DNA of 64,000 nucleotides from Scyliorhinus canicula (taxonomy: Eukaryota), in NCBI RefSeq assembly GCF_902713615.1, contig NC_052147.1, positions 239,912,886-239,976,885 of the forward strand, read 5' to 3'. The notes under the pieces were generated by a model. The model was not told the origin of the DNA and made no database searches. It saw nothing but the letters and a program-made list of their open reading frames with translations. Below, in pieces: positions 1 through 11,568 of the stretch (its first letter is position 1; the number at the start of each line of letters is the position of its first letter). The translations under genes were made by a program, and so were the position numbers.

Positions 1-412
1 AACGTTTAGAAGAATGAGGGGAGATCAAATTGAGGTATAAAGATGATGACAAAAGGGATGGATAAAGTAGATGTGAGCAGATGCTTCCTCTTGTGGGCCA
101 TTCTAGAACAAGAGGTCAAAGTCTCAGCATAAAGGGTAGCAAACTTAAAACAGATGAGGAGAAACTACTCCCAAAGTTTGTGAATCCGGAATTCACTATC
201 CCAGAATGCGGTGGATGCTGGGGCAGTGAGTAAAATTTAAGGAGGCATTAGGCATATTTTTAATTAGTAATGGGTTGAAGAGTTACATAGAATGGACAGA
301 ATCTGTGGAGATGAGACCATGATGAGATCACCCATGATCGTATTGAATGGTGGAGCAGGCTCGAGAGGCTAAATTGCCTACTCCTGTTTCTGGTTCTTTT
401 TTCTTATGTTCT
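1..412 (+). mobile_element. CR1-clade LINE, 3' fragment
   Basis: Degenerate ORF2 C-terminus (RRMRGDQIEVYKM-like) and CR1 3' tail ggctaaattgcctactcctg...ttcttatgttcta. Confidence 0.8.
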
Positions 413-606
413 AAGAAAGAACTGTTCTGTCTCATTCCACCTTCCAGCACTTGGTCTGTAGCCCTCTAGATAACAGCACCTCAAGCACAAATCTGGTGTT
501 TTTCATTGATAAGGGGATTTCTTGAGGAATATGGGGTTATGGGGAGAGTTGGCATGAGAATGGGGATGAGGAACATGTCAGCCATGATCAAATAGCAGAG
601 CAGACT

Positions 607-3600
607 TTTTTTTTGAAAAAGTATTTTTATTAAGGTTTTGCAGAATTTTTCATAATAAAACAGTAGTAACAATAATAACAAAACAAACTAGAGTGAACAT
701 TAACATAGTGCAAAAAGAGAATATACAATAACAATTAAATAGACATTACCACACACGACTCAGTCTTCCCACACCATTCCAATGAAGCACTCACACCCCC
801 CCCCACCTACGGATTGCTGCTGCTGCTGACATTTTAATTTTCCCCGCGAAAGTCGACGAACGGCTGCCACCTCCTAGAGAACTCGAGCATAGACCCTCTT
901 AAGGCAAACTTTATTTTCTCGAGGCTGAGAAACCCAGCCATGTCGTTAACCCAAGTCTCTACACTCGGGGGCTTTGAGTACCTCCACATTAATAAAATCC
1001 GTTTCCGGGCTACTCGGGAGGCAAAGGCCAAGACGTCTGCCTCTTTCGCCCCTGAACTCCTGGGTCTTCTGACACTCCAAAGATCACTATCTCTGGACTC
1101 GGCACCACCCATGTGTTAAGCACCTTGGACATTGCCCTCACGAAGCCTGCCAGAACTCTGTAAGCTCCGGGCATGCCCAAAACATGTGGACATGGTTTGC
1201 AGGGCTGCCCTTGCACCTCATACAACTGTCTTCTACCCCAAAAAACTTGCTCATTCTCACTGCCGTCATGTGTGCCCGGTGGACTACCTTAAATTGAATT
1301 AGACTGAGCCAGGCACATGATGAGGAGCAATTAACCCTGCCCAGGACCTCTGCCCACAGACCCACTTCCAACTCTTCACCTAGCTCCTCCTCCCACTTGC
1401 CCTTCAGCTGCTCCACCGGGGTTTCCTCTGCCTCCTGTAGTTCCTGGTAGATATCCGACACATTCCCCTCCCCCACCCAGGTGCCGGAGACCACCTGTCC
1501 TGTATCCTCAGTGGCGGCAGCATCGGAAAGGCCACAACCTGTTTTTTCAGGAAGGCTCGTATTTGCAGATATTTAAAGGCGTTTCCTGGAGGAAGATTAA
1601 ATTTGTCCTCTGGCGCCTTCAAACTGGGAAAGCTTCCGTCTATGAACATATCTCCCATCCTTCTGATGCCTGCCCTCTGCCAGCTCTGGAACCCACCATC
1701 CATCCTACCCGGGACAAACCTGTGGTTGTTACATATCGAGGTCCAGACCGACGCTCCCTCCACCTTCTTGTACCTCCTCTCCTCCCAGATCCGCAGTGTC
1801 GCCACCCACCGGACTTGTGGAGTAAGGGGTCAGCGAGAACGGCAAAGGAGCCGTTATCAAGGCTCCCAGACTAGTATCTTTAAATGATGCCACCTCCAGC
1901 TGCTCCCCCCCCCCCCCCCCCCCCATTGCCCGCTTCCTAATCATAGCTATATTGGCCACCGAGTAGTAGTTGCGAAAGTTCGGCAGCACCAACCCCCCCC
2001 CCAACTGCGCTCCAAAAGCGATCTCCTTACTCGTGGGGTCTTATTTGGCCACACAAAGCCCAAAATGATCCTACTCACCCGATTTTAAAAAAGGCCTCCG
2101 GGATGAAGATGGGGAGGCACTGAAAGACGAACAAAAATCTGGGGAGGACAGTCATTTTCACGGTCTGCACCCTCCCTGTCAGTGACAGCGGGAGCATGTC
2201 CCACCTTTTAAAGTCCCCTTCCATTTGCTCCACCAACCGGGTCAGGTTGAGCCTGTGCAGGGCATCCCATTTCCTGGCCACCTGTATACCCAGGTAACAA
2301 AAACTTTTCTCTACCATCCTGAGCGGTATCTCTTTCAGTCTCTCCTCCAGCCCCTTGGCTTGGATCACAAACAACTTGCTCTTTCCCATGTTCAATTTGT
2401 ACCCCTGAAAAACTACCAAAATCCCTCGGGATCCGCAGAACCTCCCCCATTCCCTCCACAGGGTCCGAAATGTACAGGAACAAATCATCCGCGTATAGAT
2501 GTTTCCCCCCCCGCCAGTTCCTCAAGGCTCTCAGCACCATAGCTAGCGGTTCTATAGCTAGGGCAAATAGTAACGGGGAGAGGGGCACCCCGCCTCGTTC
2601 CCCGGTGAAGCTCGAAGTACCCCTCAGCCGGATCGTACATACACTTGCTACAGGCGCCTGGTACAACAATTTCACACAGCCAATAAAGCCCTCACGAAAC
2701 CCAAACATCCCCAGCGTTTCCCCACAGGTACTCCCACTCCACCCGGTAAAGGCTTTCTCTGCGTCCATCGCTTTACCACCTCTGCCTCCCCTCCCTCTGA
2801 GGGCATCATAATAATCTTCAAAAGTCCCCTGACATTGGTATTGAGTTGTCTGCCTTTAACAAACCCAGTCTGGTCATCCTCTATCACCCTGGGACGCAAT
2901 CTTCAATTCTTGTGGCCAGAATTGTAGCTAGCAATTTGGCATCCACGTTTAAAAGCAAAATCGGCATGTATGACCCGTAATGTTCCGGGTCCTTCCCTCG
3001 TTTAAGAATGAGTGAGATTAAGGCCTGTGACATTGTTGGGGGAGGGTTCCTTTCTCTCTCTCGCCTCATTGAAGGCCCTCATCAGGAGTGGGCTCAATAT
3101 TTCTGAAATTTTCTTACAGAATTCTACCAGGTAACCATCCGGCCCTGGGGCCTTACCCGATTGCATGCCCTCTATGCCCTTGACAATCTCCTCCAATTCA
3201 ATCGGAGCCCCCAGCCCCTCCACCAGGTCCTCTTCCACCTTTGGAAACGTCAACTGGTCCAAACATTGCCTCATCCCTTCCGCTCCCGTCGGGGGCTCCA
3301 ACTCGTATAGTTTACTATAGAATTCCTTAAAGACTCAGTTCACCCCCCCCCCCCTTCTTTACTCCCCCGATTTCTCTGGCTCCCTCCCTCTTTCGCAGTT
3401 GGTGTGCCAGCATTCTACTCGCTTTCTACCCGTACTCATAGACAGCCCCCGTTGCCTTCCTCAGCTGTGCTACCGCTTTCCCTGTGGTCAGCAGTTCAAA
3501 CTCCGCCTGCAGACATGCCGCTCCCTCAGTAGCCCAGCCTCGGGGGCCTCCGCGTATCTCCTGTCCACTCGGAGTATCTCCTTCACCAGTCTCTCCCTCT

Positions 3601-6381
3601 CCACTCTTTCTCTCTTTTCCCTATGGGAGCGAAATTGAGATGAACTGCCTTCAGAGCCTCCCAGACCGTTGCCGCTGCTACCTCACCCGTATCATTTGTT
3701 TCCAGGTAATCCTGGATGTTCCTGCTAATCCGCCCGCAAACCTCTTTGTCCGCCAGCAGCCCCACATCCAGTCTCCAAAGTGGGCGCTGCCCCCTCTCTC
3801 CTCACTAAGCCGCAGGTCCACCCAGTGCGGGGCATGGTCCGAGACTGTGATTGCTGAGTAATCTGTCCCCGCCACCTTTGGGATTAACGCCCTGCTCAAG
3901 ACAAAGAAGTCTATGCGGGAATAAACCTTATGAACGCGGGAGAAAAAAGAGAACTCCTTCGCTCTCGGCCATGTGAACCTCCAGGGATCCCCCCCATCTG
4001 CTGCTCCATAAAGCCCTCCAATTTCTTTAGCCACTGCCGGTCGCTTCCCTGTCCTGGACTTCAATCGGTCCAGCTCGGGGTCAATGGCTGTGTTAGTCTC
4101 CCCCATGATCCGGTTGTGTGACTCTAAGTCCGGGATTTTGCCTGGCATGCATCTCATAAATTCCACATCATCCAAATTCGGAGCGTAGACGTTCACAAAC
4201 ACCACCCAGACCCCCTCCCACTTTCCACTCACCATTATATACCTGCCCCCCCTTATCTGCCACAATTCTCCCAGCCTCAAATGCCACACCCTTACTGATC
4301 AGAATTGCTATGCCCCTGGTCTTCGAATCCAGTCCTGAATGGAACACCTGGCCTACCCATCCCTTTCTCAATCTCGTGTGATTTGCGAGCTTTAAATGTT
4401 ACTCCTGAAGCATTGCTACGTCTGCCTTTAACCCCTTTAGATGCGCAAACATGCGCACTCTTTTGACCGGCCCATTCAAACCCCTCACATTCCATGTGAT
4501 CAGCCTGGTAGGGGGATCAACCCCACCCCCGCCGACTAGCCATCGCCCTTTTTTGGCCAACCTCGAGCCCGCGCCTTTCGCTTCCTCAAGCGCACCCATA
4601 GGGAGCCATTGCCCCCGACCCTCAATTGGGACCCCTCAATTGATACCTCCTCTGTCAGCAAAGCAGCACCCCCCCCCCCCCCCCCCAACTGGCCGGACCC
4701 CTCTCCCCACATGAATAAACCAATTAAACTATCTCTCCAGCCCCAGTGAGTAAATAGTAATACAAAACAAAAAATAAACAGAAGACCCTAACATTGCCCC
4801 ATGAGGAAACACTTGTTGAACCAAGGCTCCAAAACCCGAAAAATAGCACAAAGTACAGGGCCCCCTTCGTATCTCAAGTTTGCCGAAAACACTGCACCCT
4901 CCAGCCACCACCACAGCCCTTACACCCACCCAACATGTATACAATCTTATATTAGAAACGGTACCGTGTTACCCAGCCCCACCGCAGCATTCCACCAAAG
5001 CTTAACTGTCCTTTAATTCGAGTCCAGCTTTTCTTGTTTGACGAATGACCACGCCTCGTCCGGCGTCTCAAAATAGTGATGCCGTTCCTTGTACGTGACC
5101 CATAGCCTCGCTGGGTGTAGGATCCCAAATTTCACGCCCTTGCTGAAGAGGGTCGCCTTCATCCGGTTGAATCCAGCACGCCTCTTGGCCAGCTCCGCAC
5201 CCAGGTCCTGGTAGATGCGTATCACGCTGTTCTGCCACCTGCTGCTCTGTTCTTTTTTTGCCCACCGCAAGACAAGTTCCCTTGTCCGAGAAGCAATGAA
5301 ATCTTACCACCATGGTCGTCGGTGGTTCATTTGCCTTGGGCTTCCTTGTGAGGGCTCTGTGTGCTCCGTCCAGCTCCGGGGGTCGAGGGAATACCCCCGT
5401 CCCTATCAGCGTCTTCAGCATCTTGAACACTAATGCTCTGGCATTCGACCCCTCCACACCTTCGGGGAGGCCCACAATTCTCAAGTTCTGTCTCCTGGAC
5501 CTATTTTCTAGGTCCACCAGCCTCTCCTGCCACTTCTTGTGGAGGTCATCCTGCGCCTCCACCTTAAGGGCCAATACGACCAACTCGTCCTCATGGTCGG
5601 ATAACTTTTTCTCCATCTCCTTAATCGCTTTCCCTTGTGTCGCCTGAGTTGCGTTCATTTGGTCTATTGATGCCTTCATCGGGGCCAGTATGTCCTTTTT
5701 AAGATCAGCAAAGCAGTCCCTAAGGAACTCCTGTTGCTCCTGTGCCCACCTCGCCCATGCACCCTGGTCTATACCGGCCGCCATGCCGTGTCTCGGCGCC
5801 CGCTCCGCACGCCTCTGTCTGTTGGGACTTAAACGCTTCACCCGGCCACTCCTGGTCCAGCTATCCATACAACAGAGAGGGAATCCTTTTGGCAGTGTTC
5901 ACTTCACCAATCTGCCCCAAAAGGTCCGTGAAAACTCCTGAAAAAAGGTTTAAGAGTCCGTTCCAGACGGGAGCTGCCGAATGCGCGACCTACTCCTCCA
6001 TGGCCGCCACGGGAAGTCTCGTCACCGCATCTTCAGTGGCCTTTGCGAGATCTTTTCGCAGCTGTTCCCCTTGCTGCTGGAATTCAGCTTTAATAAAGGC
6101 CCTCAAATCAGCTTGAAGCCTTTAAGCTTGCCGTTCCCCCGCCTGCATGTTTGAAGAGGCTTTTGTCTTTGCTGCAGCACCAGCCAAATTCCTCACTGTT
6201 TCTGCCAGGTCTGGTAACTAAGAAACATCCCATTCCTGGGGGAAAGTACTCCTCCAACATTCACCTACATCTTTTCATCAAAATTCCACCCCGTATTGAT
6301 TAAAAAGAGCTCTTTTCTGTAACTTTGGGCAGGAGCTGCTTTGTATGTTACCGCTTACTCCATGGTCCACACCAGAAGTCT
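607..6381 (-). mobile_element. L1 LINE, end-to-end and decayed, with an extra 5' module
   Basis: Perfect 14-bp TSD tagcagagcagact (593-606 and 6382-6395) inside a CR1 tail. Poly-T at 607-614. ORF1 fragments 5013-5868 (LENRSRRQNLRIVGLPEG). ORF2 fragments with EN (ITWNVRGLNGPVKR, NVYAPN, YSRIDFF, SDHAP), RT (GKAPGPDG, DQTGFVKGR, LYADD) and C-terminus (HVHMFWACP). Many frameshifts. Confidence 0.95.
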
Positions 6382-7099
6382 TAGCAGAGCAGACTCGATG
6401 GGCCGAATGGTCTACTTCTGCTCCTGTATCAATACTCTTTGCCACCCGTGCTACTTGTCGTGAAACAGCATCTGGCATTCAGTATTTAACTTTGTTGTTC
6501 AATAATGGTTACTTGGCTGAGGTAGTGGACGGCTGCTGCTATTTGTGACTTTATACCCCACCATAAATGTCTCTACAGCTACATGAGTGATTTAATAAGC
6601 TATTGATAATTAGCTAGCACCTTCATTTAAATGCAAGTCTTATAAGGTTCATGTCACCAGATTGTTCAGCTAAGAAGTACTCAAGCTTGCCCTCCAGTCT
6701 ACACATTACTTCCCTTCATTGCCACTAATTTATATTCTGAGATTCAGCCAGTGCACGCTCCTCAAACTACTGAGTGCTTCTTGCATATTGGAGTGATGAT
6801 GCACAGTACTCTGAACCACTTAATTTATGTGATACAGGGTCATGTTCTTGGAGTATTTTCTATGTGGTCAAACACTTCTTGTGAATAATCCGCTTAAGTT
6901 ATGCGCTTAAATGAGCATAACTCCACTTATTTGATCATTCAATTTTAACACCGTAAAATAGAAATTTAGTGCTATTTAGATCATTCAGATTAAATTATTG
7001 TAGTTTTTTGTGCAGCGATTGGCTGAATTATGGAAGTGGACAATATAAACTTTGGTTTACTTATTCATGAAATGGAAATTCTATGGAACTGCAGTGGAA

Positions 7100-7310
7100 T
7101 GGGCATTGTACCCACCTTGGACTTCTGACGCTGATCCGTCGATGGGATCCTATGTTTCGCTGGCAACGCACTTGCACGCACTGATTTCCCGACAGTGTGG
7201 GCTGCCCACAATGGGAAACCATATTGGCCAGCTGCCGGGTGGAGAATCCTGCTGCACGCAGGGGCGCACTGCACCAGAAAACTTGTGCGGCGGGTCGGAG
7301 AATCTCGCTG
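7100..7310. mobile_element. Degraded short MITE of the GGAGAATC family (Harbinger-like)
   Basis: Shares the core gctgcccacaatgggaaacc and the end ggagaatctcgc with the elements at 17179, 36366 and 55856. Confidence 0.6.
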
Positions 7311-7947
7311 AAGGAATTTTGAGCTTGGTGAATTGGCTAAGTCCAGTCATTTTTGTAGTTTAAAATTGAATCCCTAAGCCTCGCTCCTCTACTCCCATAG
7401 CACCTTTTGACATTAGAAACACATTGGTCTGCAAGTGTTCAACATTGCTATTTTGTTAATGGCAAAGAATATAGAATATATTGTTTTTTACAACTAGCAT
7501 GTAATTTCAATGTGACTTCCCACTTAGGATATTGAACATGCCTGTACTTTCACTTTGAAGGTAGAGGGGAACCAAGGAAACATTCAACACCTGATTCCCT
7601 TTGCTTGCCCACAGTTCTGCTGTCTGAAATCATGGCGTGATAGAGTGTCTGCAAGGTTAAACCAATGAAGGGGGAAAAACTAACAGGATAGAAACAAATT
7701 TGCAGTCCTGAACTTGGGGGAGGACTTCATTCTGCCCAACCACCTCCGTGCTTTCACTCTTTGAGATTTTCAGCATGCCCAGATGTATTTAATAGTTTAG
7801 AGTTGCAGAGCTCAGCTCCTTTGCAGTTTTCTTTTTATGTGTTTCTTTGGTCTGCAAGGTAGTAGAATAAGTGTTGAGATGTTATAAATTTGAAGAGTAC
7901 ATAAAACAGTTGAAAAAAGGAATGGACATTTCCATCGATCCAGAAAT

Positions 7948-8117
7948 GGGGTGGGATTCTCCGGTCCCCCAACTGCGTGTTTCTCAGCGGCACACCTTGT
8001 GCTAGCAGAGGGATTCTCTCTTTCCACCACTTGTCAATAGGATTTGCCATTGAAGCCACCCCGCGCTGCCGAGAAAGCAGGGGTGCATTGCCAGAGGGCA
8101 ATGGAGAATCTCCGGCC
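7948..8117. mobile_element. Short MITE (Harbinger-like)
   Basis: TIR-like ends ggggtgggattctcc and ggagaatctccggcc. Confidence 0.7.
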
Positions 8118-8561
8118 GTTAATTTATTACTTGAAGTAGTTCAGCATAATTTCCAACTTTAGTGAAGTGAAAATCAGTAGAATGAAGTGCTGTTGTCTGC
8201 TGCAGGACCGTTTTTGTCATCAGTCACTATCTTTAAATCACTCTTAAAGATAGACAAATGACCTGGATGTCTGTGTATGATGATCTGTGTATTACAAAGC
8301 AATTCTGAATCAAAGCTACATTAGCTGGATCGTAACTGTTCTTACCCATCAATGTATAACCACAGGAGTATAAGCAATATAAATTAGAAACTATATCCGC
8401 AATAGTACCCAAGAAAATAGAAAGAAAATTTTATTTTTTATAAAATATAGTCAACAGATTCCTCCACCTGAATCAATTCTCATTAGCTAAATTGAGCAAG
8501 ATGTGCAATATATGTTGTGAATATTAAAATAGCACCAGACTTTGATATCCTGTTCATGTCT

Positions 8562-8757
8562 GATTTAGCTCACTGGGGCTAAATCGCTAGTTTTTAAAGC
8601 AGACCAAGCAGGCCAGCAGCACGGTTCGATTCCCGTATCAGCCTCCCCGGACAGGCGCCGGAATGTGGCGACTAGGGGCTTTTCACAGTAACTTCATTGA
8701 AGCCTACCCCTGACAAGCGATTTTCATTTCATTTTCATTTTTCATTTCATTTTCATT
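8562..8757 (+). mobile_element. tRNA-derived SINE with (ATTTTC)n tail
   Basis: A box tagctcactgg, B box ggttcgattcc, 3' segment tcacagtaacttcattgaagcctac. TSD ttcatgtct (8553-8561 and 8758-8766). Confidence 0.85.
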
Positions 8758-9824
8758 TTCATGTCTAATCTCACAAGGAGATAAATAATTGGAACTAACA
8801 TGTTTTTCTGGCAACACAAGTAACAAGAATGGAGAATAGATGCACAACATAGATATTTCTGCACGGAAATTTGTGTTGTCATTCAAATGCAAAGCTGCCA
8901 CACAAGCAGGCATAATTTTGTTTATGTTGCTATTAAATCTCAATCAAACTATAGCTCGGTGCCAGTATGATCTTGGTTTAACCTATTATTCATCACCTGC
9001 TTTGGCAGACATATTCAAGAAGTTCAAAATATTTTCAGATTCGGGTCTCCTCGAGTCTTTAAAGCCAAAAAGAGGTGATGAGCAAGAAACACAAAGTAAA
9101 ATGGCTGTTTTTTCATATATCCTATCTCTCTCTACCAATCCTTTATCCTTGTTAGTTATGTACCTTTTTCCACCCACTGCCCCAATTTCCTCCCATTGTA
9201 GGATTTTCTTGAATCTAAAAGTTAATCTGGGCCCCATTGGTGTTGCTATTGGAAGTTTGCTCTGAGATGCATTTCCCTCCATGTGCTTCCCCTTAATTGG
9301 CCTTTACTCCTTTTCTGCAATATGATTGAGGTTCAGAGCTGAGGTTTTCGATCACATCTGTGCCCCACCTACTTTCTGTTTTGCACATTTGCATTCTAGC
9401 ATGCTGTTTATTTTTGCCTCAATAAAGATTTCAACAAAGTTTACTTTTATTTTAAAAGAAAACTTGCACATATCCAAGCAGTATCAAGCTATGTAAATGA
9501 TAGACTTACTCTAATGGTGCACAAATCATATCTAAAAAATATTATAATCAAATCAAATATGTATAAAACTGCAATTAATTTAATTAAACAGTTTGGATTT
9601 TGGAAGCTATAAAATATTTTGCATACATCAGTTGGAAACTTGCAAGTTATCTAATCAAGTCGTATTTGAACACTGATTAGTGCATTTCACTAATCCTATT
9701 TGCCATGAGAATTATTTGCTCCATTCAACTGGTAAAAAAAATATTATAGCCCATTATTTCCATTTTGCCACCGATTAAATGACAATCATTTGAGAGTCTT
9801 GGACTTATCTAGTTAGGTCTAGAC

Positions 9825-10571
9825 CAGTGGTTCTCAACCGGGGTCCACATGGACCCTGGGGGTCCATGTAACATTACTGGGGGTTCACACAAAAAAAATA
9901 CCTAATTGGGGGTCCACAGTGATATTTTAGTGGTCCATAGAGCAATTCTACTTCAGAACAATTGTTATTACTGAGAATCAAGTAGAAGAAAAAAAGTTTG
10001 TTTTCATGATGAATATTCACCTTTCTCTCTCTCTCTCTCTCTCTCGCACTGACAAAGGTCAAAGAGAGATTATAATCTATCTAATTTACCTTGAGGGCTG
10101 AAGGGGCTCAGAACCAAAAAGGTGCATTGGCTGCGTTTATTTTTGTGGTACTGAATTCTGAGAAAAAAAAATCCATACCGGTTGATGGCAAATGGGTTTA
10201 TTGTGCTTATTAAATACCCACGGTTGACCTGACGCTTATGCCACGTTTCTCCTTGACAAGTTTAATGAATGATTTAACACAGTAATCACTAGAAACTGTG
10301 TATATTTGATATGAATTGGTTATTTTTAGAGTAATTTAATTCAATTTAGTCAGTAAAAAGTTTTTTTCATTACTTTTCATATTAGAATAAGTTTGGCAAC
10401 GTACGAAAATACCGCTAATCCGTTTCCAACCCTCACGGTAAGGTAGATGGACTTTAGGATTAGTTTACCACGCATATAAGAAGCTTTTTTCTGTGGAATG
10501 GCTACGGGGGTCCACAAAAAAAAATTAAGAGGAAAAGGGGTCCATGGGTTAAAAAAGGTTGAGAACTCCTG
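9825..10571. mobile_element. Non-autonomous hAT-Charlie DNA transposon, 747 bp
   Basis: TIRs CAGTGGTTCTCAACC and GGTTGAGAACTCCTG. Perfect 8-bp TSD GTCTAGAC (9817-9824 and 10572-10579), matching the NTCTAGAN Charlie target. Subterminal GGGGTCC repeats. Confidence 0.92.
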
Positions 10572-11247
10572 GTCTAGACTTATCTAGATACCGTCTAAAT
10601 TTTCCCCATTTCCAAATGAATATATTTGAATGAACTAAATTTACAATAATTAGTCAAATAGCTTTGTCCTCGGGCAGATAGGATGAGAATGTAAGAGTTA
10701 ATTGAACCAAAGTGGCAGAACAGGAAGAGGTAAGGGCAAAGAGCTGCAGCAGACTGGGAAGAAGGTGGCAGTTGAAAGAGAGAAAAGCCAAATGGAAAAA
10801 AGAGCGTCTGTGGCAGGAGTTAGTAGGATTTTGGCATGCTCTTGTCAGCAATGAAGAAGGAGAAACCAGCTCAGTGGGAATGTAAAATGTTTGGTTGGTG
10901 AGGGTAGGGCTTGTTGCATGTAGATATCTTGTTTAATTTATGGAATGTTTGGTCAGAAACAAGTAAGCTTGCTATTTCCTATTTCTTCAGTATTTAAAAC
11001 ATTCTAAAATTAAATTAAAAATTGTTCTTCACCCCAGTCTTCCTGAAGGTAAATTCCAAAACCCAATACGAAACAGAACCTGAGCTCATCATCTTGTAGC
11101 ACTAAGTACGTTGTCACAGGTGCTGTCTTTTTGATCGGATAACGTACCAAGGTCTGAACTACATATTCCGGTATATAAAATGTTTCATGGCACTGATTGA
11201 ACCCTGGAGGTCAAAATTTATCCCTCAGCCAGCACAACAAAAACAAA

Positions 11248-11568
11248 GGGTAGCGCGCTGGTTAGCACAGTTGCTTCACAGCTCCAGGGTCCCTGGTCCG
11301 TTTCCTGGCTTGGGTCACGGATTCTGCACGGTCTCCCCCTGTCTGCGTGTGTTTCATCTTAATGCTCTGGTTTCCTCCCACAGTCCAAAGATGTGTAGGT
11401 TAGGTGGATTGGCCATGATAAATTGTCCTTGGTGTCCAAAAATGATTAGGCGGGGTTACTGGGTTATGGGGATAGGATAGGCTTAAGTGGGGTGCTCTTT
11501 CCAAGGGCCGGTGCAGACTCGATGGGCCAAAGGGCCTCCTTCTGTACTATAAATTCTGTGATTCTATG
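11248..11568 (+). mobile_element. HE1-like V-SINE nested in an older Deu-type SINE (about 11100-11700)
   Basis: V-domain ggtttcctcccacagtccaaagatgtg...gttaggtggattggccat and CR1-type tail gcagactcgatgggcc...attctatg. The flanks carry Deu-like motifs and the L2-type end gaaaggcactatataaatg. Confidence 0.85.

Noticed and set aside
834-5868. L1 ORF1/ORF2 as active genes
   Set aside because: Many frameshifts, stops and small deletions, more than homopolymer errors would explain.
8562-8640. tRNA gene candidates at A/B-box sequences
   Set aside because: They are SINE heads continuous with SINE bodies and tails, and show no full cloverleaf.
8840-9282. Overlapping 141-aa (+) and 98-aa (-) ORFs
   Set aside because: No recognisable domain or SLC35F5 similarity and no convincing splice sites. 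Probably chance ORFs.
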